Below, in pieces: positions 10,560-20,048 of a stretch of 64,000 nt of DNA. The DNA lies in the IMG/VR virus record IMGVR_UViG_3300046321_000098, positions 18,012 to 82,011 of that record; one strand, written 5' to 3'. This DNA is from a virus. Position 1 is the stretch's first letter, and each line of letters opens with the position of its first letter. Under the pieces are notes generated by a model, which searched no databases, had not been told where the DNA came from, and saw only the letters and a list, made by a program, of their open reading frames with translations. Position numbers and translations under genes: made by a program.

Positions 10560-11074
10560 TACTAAATCCATTAAACGGTGTCTATGGTAGCTTGATAAAG
10601 TTTGGGCTTGTTGTTACCCTTCTAGCAGGGCTTTACGGGGGTTACAAATATCAACTACATAGTGCGTACAAAGAGGGCGTAACAGTGACCCAAACACAGC
10701 ACGAAGCTGAACGCCTAGCTGCTAATGAGGTCTTGCACTTGAAGAAACTAGCAGCAGATAAAGACCTTCAACGAGAATTAGAAAAACAAAGGATTAAGTA
10801 CAATGAACAACTCGCTACTATTAACGCTAATGCTAACAGTCTCATTAACAGCCTGTCAGACCGCGCCAGTCGTCCAGAACCAAGCAGTTCAAGTGCAGAT
10901 ACCGTTGCAACAGAAAGTTCCAGAGGCGCTTACCCAAGCCAGCTTTTTAGAGAAGATGCAGCAGCTTTTATCAATCTCGCACGAGACGCTGAGGAAGTGA
11001 GATTAGCCCTTTTGCAATGTTACAAAGATTATGACACTGTAAAACAAGCTGTCGAATCCTTTAATCAGAAATAA
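10556..11074 (+). CDS. Inner-membrane spanin (Rz-like)
   Basis: N-terminal TM plus coiled coil after the endolysin; contains a nested lipoprotein ORF. Confidence 0.8.
   Translation: MILNPLNGVYGSLIKFGLVVTLLAGLYGGYKYQLHSAYKEGVTVTQTQHEAERLAANEVLHLKKLAADKDLQRELEKQRIKYNEQLATINANANSLINSLSDRASRPEPSSSSADTVATESSRGAYPSQLFREDAAAFINLARDAEEVRLALLQCYKDYDTVKQAVESFNQK
10803..11000 (+). CDS. Outer-membrane spanin (Rz1-like lipoprotein) nested in the Rz gene
   Basis: Signal peptide with lipobox LTAC, in an alternative frame inside the Rz gene. Confidence 0.75.
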   Translation: MNNSLLLTLMLTVSLTACQTAPVVQNQAVQVQIPLQQKVPEALTQASFLEKMQQLLSISHETLRK

Positions 11075-11081
11075 GCCCCAC

Positions 11082-11113
11082 ACCCCATCGGCTCACACCT
11101 TTGGGGTATTTTT
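11082..11113 (+). terminator. Terminator ending the late/lysis operon
   Basis: ACCCCA...TGGGGT stem followed by ATTTTT. Confidence 0.7.
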
Positions 11114-11156
11114 ACGCCTGTAGTTTTTACACAACAAAGTATTTTTGCCATAGTGC

Positions 11157-11185
11157 TTGCAAACCTAAATCTTGTGTGCTATACT
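11157..11185 (+). promoter_or_regulatory. Sigma70-like promoter
   Basis: TTGCAA-17-TATACT with TG extension. Confidence 0.65.
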
Positions 11186-11214
11186 TCGTTATCTAAACAA
11201 CATACAGGAGTAAA

Positions 11215-11610
11215 ATGATGAATTGGGACGACCGTAGAGATTTTAATGTGCTGTTAGGGCAAACACTTACAAGCGTAGAAATCAACGATTTACGTGACGA
11301 GATTACATTCACAACAGATGAAGGTGTTGTCTATAAGATGCTGCACGATCAAGATTGTTGTGAGTCTGTCGATATTGAAGACATTTGTGGAGACTTAGAG
11401 GACTTAATTGGAACGCCTATTTTGGTTGTAGAAGAATCCTCTAGTAAAGAGTATCAGGCTCATCAGGTTAAATCAGGGGAGGAGTCCTTTACTTGGACTT
11501 TCTATAAACTTGCTACAATTAAAGGGTGGGTTGATATTCGTTGGTTTGGTTCAAGCAATGGGTACTATTCCGAAGGTGTGGACTTATACGAGGTGACAAA
11601 CGATGAGTGA
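11215..11610 (+). CDS. Conserved phage hypothetical protein
   Basis: [18 protein letters not shown] and [11 protein letters not shown] motifs; AGGAG RBS. Confidence 0.7.
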   Translation: MMNWDDRRDFNVLLGQTLTSVEINDLRDEITFTTDEGVVYKMLHDQDCCESVDIEDICGDLEDLIGTPILVVEESSSKEYQAHQVKSGEESFTWTFYKLATIKGWVDIRWFGSSNGYYSEGVDLYEVTNDE

Positions 11611-11740
11611 TTGCGAGAAATTCTATGCAGCAATCGTAGCCAAGTTAGGCGGTACAAGAAATTGGGAGCAATTGTCCCCAATGGAGCAGCATAACTTCGT
11701 GCAGGCTTTGAACATCATTTTACAGGTCTGTAGCCAATGA
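11603..11740 (+). CDS. Small hypothetical protein (45 aa)
   Basis: Translated by hand; overlaps both neighbours; GAGG RBS. Confidence 0.5.
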   Translation: MSDCEKFYAAIVAKLGGTRNWEQLSPMEQHNFVQALNIILQVCSQ

Positions 11741-11883
11741 TAGATTTTAAGAACTTAACCCACGAAGAACTAGTCAAAGTAGTGGAGGCATTAGCTGGTG
11801 AGCTTGGTGTTTACTTTGATAAACATACTCTTATCAATGGAGAGTATGTTATAACCCTTCACCGTTACACAGACTCAGATTAA
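11737..11883 (+). CDS. Small hypothetical protein (48 aa)
   Basis: Translated by hand; ATGA coupling with the upstream ORF. Confidence 0.45.
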   Translation: MIDFKNLTHEELVKVVEALAGELGVYFDKHTLINGEYVITLHRYTDSD

Positions 11884-11891
11884 GGCTACAA

Positions 11892-12406
11892 ATGACAAAA
11901 GTAAAAACAGGCTTCACACACGAATCACAAGCAGCTAAGAGTGTTGAGTGGTACACACCTCCAAGTATATTTCAAGGGTTAAGCACACAATTTTCAATGG
12001 ACACATGCGCTCCAGAGGGGGGTCTACCTTGGATTCCAGCCTTGCACTCACTATCTGTCAAGGATAATGGTTTAACTGCGCCTTGGTACGGTTTTGTGTG
12101 GTGTAATCCGCCATACGGAAAAGAGACACCTTTGTGGTTGAAAAAGATGCTGGAGCACAACAACGGTATTGCTTTAGTATTTAGCAGGACTGATTGCAAA
12201 TGGTTTTACGATTATGTGGTAAAAGCAGGTGCTGTGTTATTCCTAAAGGACGAGTAAAGTTCGTAGATGGTAACGGTGACTCTGGAAACAGTGGAGCAGG
12301 TAACGGGAGTATGTTAGTTGCTTACGGCGAAGAGGCTAAGGAAGTTTTAGAAAGGTGCAGCCTTCGGGGTGCTTTATATTATCCAACTAAGGAGAATCAA
12401 ATATGA
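11892..12406 (+). pseudogene. Phage N6-adenine DNA methyltransferase split by a frameshift near 12246
   Basis: EWYTP, WCNPPYG, IALVFSRTD in frame 1; typical C-terminus KGRVKF...GSMLVAYG continues in the -1 frame. Confidence 0.8.
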
Positions 12407-12696
12407 CAAACAAACCTGACCACAACCTCCCACAACAGATTAGTCTTCGCTATGCTATTCCAAACAGGTATCTTGATCGTTCCCTTAGTTTTAGTAAGGC
12501 TGAGGCAGTCAGAAAGTTGGAGTTTCAATTGGCACATTGTCTGACAGGGGATATGTTTTCTGAGCGACAAAGTTTTGACCAAACAACAGTTTTTGAATTG
12601 AATGGTTACTTTGTAACACCTCAAGCACTTGAAAAACTTGTGCAAGATAGGGTACATAAGGTACAATGTGGCTACCCTATTGTGGCTTTTTATTAA
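12403..12696 (+). CDS. Hypothetical protein
   Basis: ORF with AAGGAG RBS. Confidence 0.6.
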   Translation: MTNKPDHNLPQQISLRYAIPNRYLDRSLSFSKAEAVRKLEFQLAHCLTGDMFSERQSFDQTTVFELNGYFVTPQALEKLVQDRVHKVQCGYPIVAFY

Positions 12697-12706
12697 GGAG
12701 AGAAAA

Positions 12707-12901
12707 ATGAAGAAATATCTTATAGCAGCAGTAATTATGTTTTCATTAATAGGTTGCTTCCATCAAACAATAAACTCAAACGACATCCACCGAGCACAGA
12801 CTTTTTATTTAGAGAAAGGTCTACAGGTTGTGCAAATCAAGGCAGTTTTCGGAGGTACAGAGACTGTGACCTGTTCGGACGACAAGGAGAGTCAAATATG
12901 A
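12707..12901 (+). CDS. Putative lipoprotein
   Basis: MKKYLIAAVIMFSLIGC lipobox; AAGGAG RBS. Confidence 0.6.
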   Translation: MKKYLIAAVIMFSLIGCFHQTINSNDIHRAQTFYLEKGLQVVQIKAVFGGTETVTCSDDKESQI

Positions 12902-13269
12902 TAGTCTTAATTAAACACCTCATCCCCTTTGTTGAGAGGAGACTTTGTGCCTTACTTCGTCAAATAGAAGAGGACGTAGTGGAAAATTTAAAACTTGAAA
13001 AAGAGTTTAATGATAAGTTCTTTAATAAGCTACTTAACAATAAGTACCAGTCAAATAAGTATCCCTGGAGTAAATCGCCATCACAGGATTTTAAGGATAC
13101 ACTGACTTTTCTGAGAGGAATGGTTTACCACTCAAATAATAATATTAAGGATACAGTAAACCTTGGTGAGTTTTGTTCAAGGTACAGTTCTATGTACTCA
13201 TCAATTGAAGCTGCTATCCTGACACAACACGCAGGGGATTACTCGATAAAGGAGAAGACGAATGATTAA
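12898..13269 (+). CDS. Hypothetical protein
   Basis: Start MIVLIKH after AAGGAG. Confidence 0.55.
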   Translation: MIVLIKHLIPFVERRLCALLRQIEEDVVENLKLEKEFNDKFFNKLLNNKYQSNKYPWSKSPSQDFKDTLTFLRGMVYHSNNNIKDTVNLGEFCSRYSSMYSSIEAAILTQHAGDYSIKEKTND

Positions 13270-13528
13270 GATTACCCCCCTCACAAAAGAACGAATCAAG
13301 AAGTTCAACGTATTTGGTGCTGATGTGTCAATTGGTTTTGCTAAGTACGTCCTTGAGAAAGCAACGCTACGAGCTTGTTATACAATAGGTGTAGGATGGC
13401 ACTCGCAACCTATTAACTACCTCTACGACCACGAAGAACTTGATGGTATAATCACGCATAGATTTATTTTGTGGCGTGTAAAGATTGAGGTTAAGACTGC
13501 GATAGAATATACTTATTCGTTTACTTAA
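13262..13528 (+). CDS. Hypothetical protein
   Basis: ORF with RBS. Confidence 0.55.
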   Translation: MIKITPLTKERIKKFNVFGADVSIGFAKYVLEKATLRACYTIGVGWHSQPINYLYDHEELDGIITHRFILWRVKIEVKTAIEYTYSFT

Positions 13529-13537
13529 AGGAGAGAT

Positions 13538-13936
13538 ATGGAAGAAGTTCTTTATAAAAAAGTAGGCAAGAAGTACATCCCTGTTCGGCAAACATTCGGC
13601 GCTTATGCTTTACCGACAATGAAGTTAGGGTCTTTTGTTTTGACTTACGCTTATACCGATGGTGGGCAATCTTACACTTATGAAGTCACTCCAGATACTG
13701 CTTCATTTATTGCAGCATCAAAGGTGGCACAAAAAGCAATGGAAGAAGTCATTCAAGAGAAGTGTAGATATGTACCTGAGCGCGTTAAGTTCACAAAGAA
13801 GCAGCAAGCTATTATGGAGGACTTTCAAAATCAGATGTTCAAGGCTGGTGGTAACATGCCTACATGGTGGACAAGTGCTTCAGGATACGAGATAGCTCAA
13901 GCAGGTATTGATGCTGTGCGGAATTATAAACCATAA
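13538..13936 (+). CDS. Conserved phage hypothetical protein
   Basis: LYKKVGKKYIPV N-terminus; AAGGAG RBS. Confidence 0.6.
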   Translation: MEEVLYKKVGKKYIPVRQTFGAYALPTMKLGSFVLTYAYTDGGQSYTYEVTPDTASFIAASKVAQKAMEEVIQEKCRYVPERVKFTKKQQAIMEDFQNQMFKAGGNMPTWWTSASGYEIAQAGIDAVRNYKP

Positions 13937-13943
13937 GGAAATT

Positions 13944-15602
13944 ATGACATACAATACAAAGGGTAAAATGAAAAAAGAAGATAATTATGTAGCAAAAGAA
14001 AAGGTAACAGAAGTTGAGAAATTTCCAATCCTTGAGTGCAAAGAACGGGGGATTCGTCAAGAGACTTTAGACATCTTTGGAGTACGGGCAGGTCTTTCTC
14101 AGGTTGATGGAAAAACTGTAGAGGCTTACTATTTCCCTTCCTTCAATAAGAAGGGGAAAATTGTTGGTTACATGAAACAGGACTTGACTAAATCCAAAGA
14201 TGAAAAAGGTCACTGGTCTGCTGTTGGGTCAGTCTCTCTAAATAACAAATTGTTTGGGCAAGATGTTGCTGAAACCGTAGGACGAAAGCGGAATAATCTG
14301 GTTGTTACTGAGGGACAGTGGGATACTCTTTCTGTTTATCAATCAATGGTTGACAGTGTAAAAGGTACACCCTATAGCGGTATTGAACCTTTTGTTTGCA
14401 GTATTCCCCTTGGTACAGGTAATGCTGTAGAGGCACTGCTACACAACGAGGATTTTGCTAAATCTTTTACAGGATTGACTATCTTTTTTGATGATGATTA
14501 TTGCACACCTGCTGAGGCTAAAAAGGGTATTTTAAAAGGGCATGAGGCGCGTGAAGCTGTAGCCAATGCCTTCGTAGGGTCTAAGCTTTCTTTGTTCACT
14601 GTGTACCCATCTAAGGGATACAAAGATGCTTCTGACTACATGCAGAATGAGGACTCAAAACTTCTAGCTAAGGATGTATCTTTTAACAAGAAATCCTTTA
14701 GTGCCGAAAAGATTGTGAAAGCTTCAGACATATCCGTTGATGAATTGATTGCACCACGTCCAGAAGGTGTGTATGTAGATAGTTTCCCTCTCTTGATGGA
14801 GAAGATACACGGCTTCCGTAAACGAGAGTTGGTACTATTGACAAGTCCCAGTGGTGTCGGTAAATCAACGGTTACATCTTTCTTTGCAAATGCTTTTGTG
14901 GAGAAGGGTGAAAAAGTTGGAATGATTTACCTTGAAGAAACAAAGGTTGAAACACTTCAACGTGTTATTGCAAGTAAACTAAAAGTGAACTACTTGAAGT
15001 TTAAAAACAACCCCTTGAGCCTAGCCACACGAGAACAAATTGAACAAGCAAAACGTGAAGTTGACGAAGGTGATAAACTTGTTATGCTTGACCACTTTGG
15101 GTCTTTACCTATCAGTCAGTTGATGCAAAAAATTAAACACATGCATTTTGTAGAAGGATGTAATTATATTTTACTTGACCATCTTTCTGTGGTAATATCA
15201 GGTTCTGATATTGCAAACGAACGTAAGGAACTGGATATTGTTATGACCGAGCTTGCCGCATTCTGTGCAGCTAATGATGTTTGCATTATTGCAGTATCGC
15301 ACATTAACCGTGATTCGATTTCAGACCAATTGAAACCTAAGAAGGGTGAAGAAGATAAGCCTTTTTGGATTCGGGTGGGAAAAGAAAGTATGAGGGGAAG
15401 TGCCTCTTTAGAGCAACTGAGCTTTATTGTGTTAGCATTAGAGCCTGAGATTATGCCTAACCGTAAACGAGGAAGAGTGCGCTTAGTTGTACTGAAGAAC
15501 CGTCCTTGGGGTTTCTTGGGGCAGTGTGACACATTCTCAGTTGACGATAACACATGGGAAGTTGTTCTTTCAGATTTGGAAGAGGAACAGAAAGGGTTTT
15601 AA
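13944..15602 (+). CDS. DNA primase-helicase (T7 gp4-like TOPRIM + DnaB-type helicase)
   Basis: VVTEGQWD, FFDDD, KDASD TOPRIM motifs; Walker A SPSGVGKST; LLDHLS, VSHINR, MRGSASLEQ, LKNR. Confidence 0.92.
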   Translation: MTYNTKGKMKKEDNYVAKEKVTEVEKFPILECKERGIRQETLDIFGVRAGLSQVDGKTVEAYYFPSFNKKGKIVGYMKQDLTKSKDEKGHWSAVGSVSLNNKLFGQDVAETVGRKRNNLVVTEGQWDTLSVYQSMVDSVKGTPYSGIEPFVCSIPLGTGNAVEALLHNEDFAKSFTGLTIFFDDDYCTPAEAKKGILKGHEAREAVANAFVGSKLSLFTVYPSKGYKDASDYMQNEDSKLLAKDVSFNKKSFSAEKIVKASDISVDELIAPRPEGVYVDSFPLLMEKIHGFRKRELVLLTSPSGVGKSTVTSFFANAFVEKGEKVGMIYLEETKVETLQRVIASKLKVNYLKFKNNPLSLATREQIEQAKREVDEGDKLVMLDHFGSLPISQLMQKIKHMHFVEGCNYILLDHLSVVISGSDIANERKELDIVMTELAAFCAANDVCIIAVSHINRDSISDQLKPKKGEEDKPFWIRVGKESMRGSASLEQLSFIVLALEPEIMPNRKRGRVRLVVLKNRPWGFLGQCDTFSVDDNTWEVVLSDLEEEQKGF

Positions 15603-16117
15603 TGGGTAAAGTTTTAACACAAGAGTACTTGAAAGAGATATTAGAGTATAATCCTGAGAGTGGATTGTTTATTTGGAAGGTGCGAAAGTCTCGCCGATCT
15701 GCCATCGGCTCTGGTGCAGGAACTAGAAGTAAGAAGGGGTACTTCAGTATTTCTATTGATTCAAAAGTTTACCGCAGTCATCGTTTAGCTTGGTTATACG
15801 TTTATGGAAAGTTCCCTGAGAACGGGATTGACCATATCAACGGAAATCCATCTGATAATTCGATACATAACTTACGGATTGCAAGTCAGCAGAGCAATAA
15901 TAAGAACGTAACAACAAGGTGCAACAATAGTTCTGGTTATAAGGGTGTGAGTTTTGATAAGAACACAGGTAAATGGAAAGCTCAGGCGCAAGTGAATGGT
16001 AAGAAAAAACATCTAGGGTTGTTTACAACTCCAGAAGAGGCTTCAGTGGTGTATAACGAGTATACAAAGGAGCACTTTAAAGAGTTCTATAGGAATACTA
16101 TAAATAAAGGAAAATAA
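15602..16117 (+). CDS. HNH homing endonuclease with AP2-like domain
   Basis: HRLAW, IDHINGNPSDN; SGYKGVS...KWKAQ...HLGLF. Confidence 0.9.
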   Translation: MGKVLTQEYLKEILEYNPESGLFIWKVRKSRRSAIGSGAGTRSKKGYFSISIDSKVYRSHRLAWLYVYGKFPENGIDHINGNPSDNSIHNLRIASQQSNNKNVTTRCNNSSGYKGVSFDKNTGKWKAQAQVNGKKKHLGLFTTPEEASVVYNEYTKEHFKEFYRNTINKGK

Positions 16118-19100
16118 TGATTTTAAACGGATGGTGCTTTGACTGTGAAGCAGATAATTTATACCTTCAAGCTAAGAAAATTTGGTACATCCGTCTTAAA
16201 TCCTTAGACGGAACCCGTAGCCTAGCACTGCACCCTTTCAGGTCTTCCAAGGATGAAATCTACAATCAATTTATGGAATGGGTGGACTCTTTTGAAGACG
16301 GTGCTCACGTTGTATTCTTTAACGGACTTGGTTATGACTTATGGCTTATTTGGAAACTGCTAGATATTCAACCTCGTGTTGGGAAGCAAGGTAAGGACTG
16401 GATTGAGGACAAGCACGTCCAATTCATCGACGGTTATGTGCTGAGCATGTACCTCAACCCAAACAACCCTAGGCACTCCCTAGGTGCCCTATCAGGTTCT
16501 GAAAGTGATGATGGTAAGATTGATTACCGTAACAGTCTAATCAAGGCTGGTGCGATGACGGGCTTAGAGCCAAAAGGTCACGAGTTCTCGTTCTACCACC
16601 CTCTCACAGAGCCGTACTGTGACCGAGACGTTGATGCTACCATTCGTGTTGTAAAAGACTTATGGAAGCAGGCTCAAGGTATGTACGGTGAATCATGGCT
16701 TCATCCTAGCTTTCGACAGATGCAAAAAGATTACTGGCTGTACAGCGCACAAGCCTACACTGGTGTCAAATTTGATATAAACAAGGCTAAGGAATTAGTC
16801 ATCCATATCGAACAAGAAATGAAGGTACTTAAAGACTACGTAGACCCGTTACTACCATCCAGACCACTGAAGACTGCTGAGTTGAGTTACTACAAGCAAC
16901 CAGCGAAGCCTTTCTCCAAGTCAGGTGAAATATCGTCAAGCATGGAGAAGTTCTTAGTTAAGCACAACGCAACATTAGTTGACCGAATCATTACAGCTTA
17001 TGGCGAGTCCGTGCCTGTTGAGTCCAACGCAGTTTTACCTGTTAAGCTTCCGATGGAAATTGACGACAACGTAGAATTGAAGCAATACTTCCTAGATAAC
17101 GGGTGGATACCTAGTGATGATTACTGGAATCATAAAAAAGGTACTGACGGTAAACCAGAGCGAGATGCGAACAATAAGTTTACTAGAACTACTCCTAAAA
17201 TCAATCACGCTGGAAAAATTTGCCCTAATTTACTAAAGCTTGATGGGGACGTGCCGAAGAAAGTTGTTAAGTTTCTAAGCTACCGAAACCGATTAGGTGT
17301 TGTCACTGGTTGGTTGAACAACTGGAGACTTGAGTTTGATGGTAGACTCAGTGCTGAGATTTCAGGCTATGCTCCAACCTCAAGGGTTAAGCATAAGTTA
17401 GTTGTCAATGTACCAAAGGCTGCAGATGATGTGTTGCTTGGTCACGAGATGAGGGAGTTATTCTGTGTAGATAAGGGTAACTGGTACATTGGAACAGACG
17501 CTTCTGCTCTTGAAAATCGTACCCTTGCTGGGTACACCTACAAGTACGACAACGGGGAGTTTGCAAGAGTTCAATTAGAGGGTGACCCACATTGCTACTC
17601 AGAAGATACTGAGATTTTAACACCTAATGGTTGGTCTACTTTTGGTAATCTAACTAAAGGGGAGAAGGTTGCACAGTGGGATAACGGTGAGATTTCATTT
17701 GTTAAGCCAAGCCGTGTTATCTGGCAAGATTACGAAGGAGAAATGGTAAGTCTATCAGGTATGGCTGTTGATTTCCTTGTCACACCTAATCATAGAGTAC
17801 TTGTAACAAACGTAAAAAGCGGGAAAAGCAAGGTAAAACTAGCACATACACTGCACAATCGAAACTCTAATTGGAGATTGCCCACTCACGGATTAACAAC
17901 CTCTAAGGGTCTAGAACTGTCGAACGATGAAATCAGATTTATTGTTGCTCTACAAGCTGACGGTAGTATGAGTAAAACTGCTTTCAGGTTCGAGTTTGTA
18001 AAAGATAGGAAAATAGTTAGGATGCGGAATATTCTGTGCAACTTAGGTATACCTTATACAGAGTCCACTGGTAAAAGTAATACAACTACTCGCTTTTACG
18101 TGAAGCATGTTGACGCAGGTTTTGTGTTCAAGGGTATAACTATTAATAAAGTATTCTCTAACTTGTTGCTAGGAATGTCTCTAATGCAGTGTGAGACCTT
18201 CATCGAGGAGATTAGGCACTGGGACGGTACTACACTGAGAAGTGGTGACACCGTTTTAGATACGACCTGCGAGGAGAGCTGTGACATGGTTGCAACTATT
18301 GCAGCCCTAGTGGGTAGAAAATCGCGCAGGTCTGTGTTTGACAAACGAGGTGGTTTTGGTGACTGTACAATTCATAGGTGTTATATCTCTAAGGACAGTT
18401 CTTCGATAGGTGCTGCTGTACTTGGAACAAGTATAAAAGCAGTTGAGTATAAGGGTAAGATTGGTTGTGTCAGTGTTCCAAGTACATTCGTGGTTGTGAG
18501 GAGGAATGGTAAAATTCTAATCTCTGGTAATACTTTCAATGCTTTTGCCTTCTTCCCTCACTTGTTGAAGAAGTTTGATACTGATAACCAAGAGAATAAA
18601 GAGAACCCTGAGTTCAAACCTTGGCGAAACAAGGCTAAGACTGGTGCATACCTACTAGCCTTTGGTGGTGGCGCACCTAAGCTTGCCTCAAGCCTCGGAT
18701 TATCTAAATCCGATGGTCAAGCTGCTTTTAATAACTACTGGGAGAAGAATAAAGGTCTTGGGTTACTGAAGAAAGCAGTAGAGGGTTACTACGACACTAC
18801 AGGGAATAAGAAATACATTCCTGCAATTGATGGTAGGATTGTTTCGGTACGAGGTAAAAATGTTTTACTATCCTGCCTTGGGCAAGGATGTGGAGCAATT
18901 GCTATGTCCTATGCAGGTTGCTTAATGGATAATTGGCTAGGAGACTTCTACCTCGACGAATTAGGCAGACCTTACTACGATGTTGATGGATACAAGATAA
19001 GACGTATATCCTTCTTCCACGACGAATATTCTTGGGAAGTTGAAGACGGCGCACAAGACAGGATTAGGGAGTTAAGTGTAAAAGGTATTGTTAAGGCTGG

Positions 19101-19179
19101 CGAAGTCCTAAAATTAGTATTACCATTAGCAGCAGAGGGTAAAATGGCTTTTGAAGGTACTTGGCAAAATGTGCATTAA
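16117..19179 (+). CDS. Family A DNA polymerase containing an intein
   Basis: Exo I DCEAD; motif A DASALENR; motif B RNKAKTGAY; motif C FHDEY. Confidence 0.93.
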   Translation: MILNGWCFDCEADNLYLQAKKIWYIRLKSLDGTRSLALHPFRSSKDEIYNQFMEWVDSFEDGAHVVFFNGLGYDLWLIWKLLDIQPRVGKQGKDWIEDKHVQFIDGYVLSMYLNPNNPRHSLGALSGSESDDGKIDYRNSLIKAGAMTGLEPKGHEFSFYHPLTEPYCDRDVDATIRVVKDLWKQAQGMYGESWLHPSFRQMQKDYWLYSAQAYTGVKFDINKAKELVIHIEQEMKVLKDYVDPLLPSRPLKTAELSYYKQPAKPFSKSGEISSSMEKFLVKHNATLVDRIITAYGESVPVESNAVLPVKLPMEIDDNVELKQYFLDNGWIPSDDYWNHKKGTDGKPERDANNKFTRTTPKINHAGKICPNLLKLDGDVPKKVVKFLSYRNRLGVVTGWLNNWRLEFDGRLSAEISGYAPTSRVKHKLVVNVPKAADDVLLGHEMRELFCVDKGNWYIGTDASALENRTLAGYTYKYDNGEFARVQLEGDPHCYSEDTEILTPNGWSTFGNLTKGEKVAQWDNGEISFVKPSRVIWQDYEGEMVSLSGMAVDFLVTPNHRVLVTNVKSGKSKVKLAHTLHNRNSNWRLPTHGLTTSKGLELSNDEIRFIVALQADGSMSKTAFRFEFVKDRKIVRMRNILCNLGIPYTESTGKSNTTTRFYVKHVDAGFVFKGITINKVFSNLLLGMSLMQCETFIEEIRHWDGTTLRSGDTVLDTTCEESCDMVATIAALVGRKSRRSVFDKRGGFGDCTIHRCYISKDSSSIGAAVLGTSIKAVEYKGKIGCVSVPSTFVVVRRNGKILISGNTFNAFAFFPHLLKKFDTDNQENKENPEFKPWRNKAKTGAYLLAFGGGAPKLASSLGLSKSDGQAAFNNYWEKNKGLGLLKKAVEGYYDTTGNKKYIPAIDGRIVSVRGKNVLLSCLGQGCGAIAMSYAGCLMDNWLGDFYLDELGRPYYDVDGYKIRRISFFHDEYSWEVEDGAQDRIRELSVKGIVKAGEVLKLVLPLAAEGKMAFEGTWQNVH
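17593..18531 (+). mobile_element. Intein (313 aa) with LAGLIDADG-like homing domain
   Basis: GDPH|CYSEDTEILT block A; VTPNHRV block B; ALQADG and RHWDG; ends ISGN|T. Confidence 0.9.
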
Positions 19180-19256
19180 TCTCCACATGTTGCAAATAAA
19201 CAACCACAAACACATAACTTTGCGCTATAATTAAGTTTTTAACAAAAGGAGTAAAT

Positions 19257-19439
19257 ATGTTCGGATTTTTAGAAGATGTAGTAAAAACAGTATCAGCGGT
19301 AGTAACTGTACCAGTCGGTATTGTTGCCGATGTCGTTACAATGGGTGGGCAGCTTAATGACAAGGATAAACCCTATACAGCCGAGGCAGTTGAGGATTTT
19401 ATGAAGAATCTTAGCAATATTACTAAACCAAGAGGTTAG
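19257..19439 (+). CDS. Small hypothetical protein
   Basis: TATAAT plus AAAAGGAG leader. Confidence 0.65.
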   Translation: MFGFLEDVVKTVSAVVTVPVGIVADVVTMGGQLNDKDKPYTAEAVEDFMKNLSNITKPRG

Positions 19440-19440
19440 G

Positions 19441-19770
19441 ATGCAGCACTACAATTGGAATAAACTAGACGAGATTGCTTGCAAAGCCTTGAACAAGTAC
19501 GGTGTTCATATTGCTTACGGCTTAGATGACACACCAGAGGATGATAAAATTGCAGAATTTGTTTGTAAAGAAGTTCGACGCCTTTACGCAGATAGTGCAA
19601 CTTATCACAATTTCATGTCAGCAATTGTGTGCGGAGGTTTGTTAACCTTCGACACAAAAGAAGAGGCTTGGGCTTTCTACAAAATCTTTGAGCAAGATCT
19701 CACAGATTCATCAAGTATTTATGCTTGTATTTATTCGCCAACAGAAGGTTGTATGACGGAGAATACTTGA
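19441..19770 (+). CDS. Hypothetical protein
   Basis: GAGG RBS, operon context. Confidence 0.6.
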   Translation: MQHYNWNKLDEIACKALNKYGVHIAYGLDDTPEDDKIAEFVCKEVRRLYADSATYHNFMSAIVCGGLLTFDTKEEAWAFYKIFEQDLTDSSSIYACIYSPTEGCMTENT

Positions 19771-20048
19771 TGAAACCGATTCTGAATCTCTATGCCAACA
19801 AAAGGCAAGCAGTACAAGCTTTTGAAAAATGCATAGTCGAGGGGCAATACTATAAGGCTTCTTCTCCTTGTATGCGAATAGAGACATTTGATTCACTGGT
19901 GTACTTCATGTATTACACATCTTATGAAAATGCTAGACACAATGAACTTTGCCAAGTGTGGGGTGAAATCAACTTCTTTGTTGAATTACCTGAGAATGTA
20001 AGGCTGCACTATTTATCGAGGATTCGACAGGTAAAGGAGAGTAATTAA
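19770..20048 (+). CDS. Hypothetical protein
   Basis: TGATG coupling. Confidence 0.55.
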   Translation: MKPILNLYANKRQAVQAFEKCIVEGQYYKASSPCMRIETFDSLVYFMYYTSYENARHNELCQVWGEINFFVELPENVRLHYLSRIRQVKESN

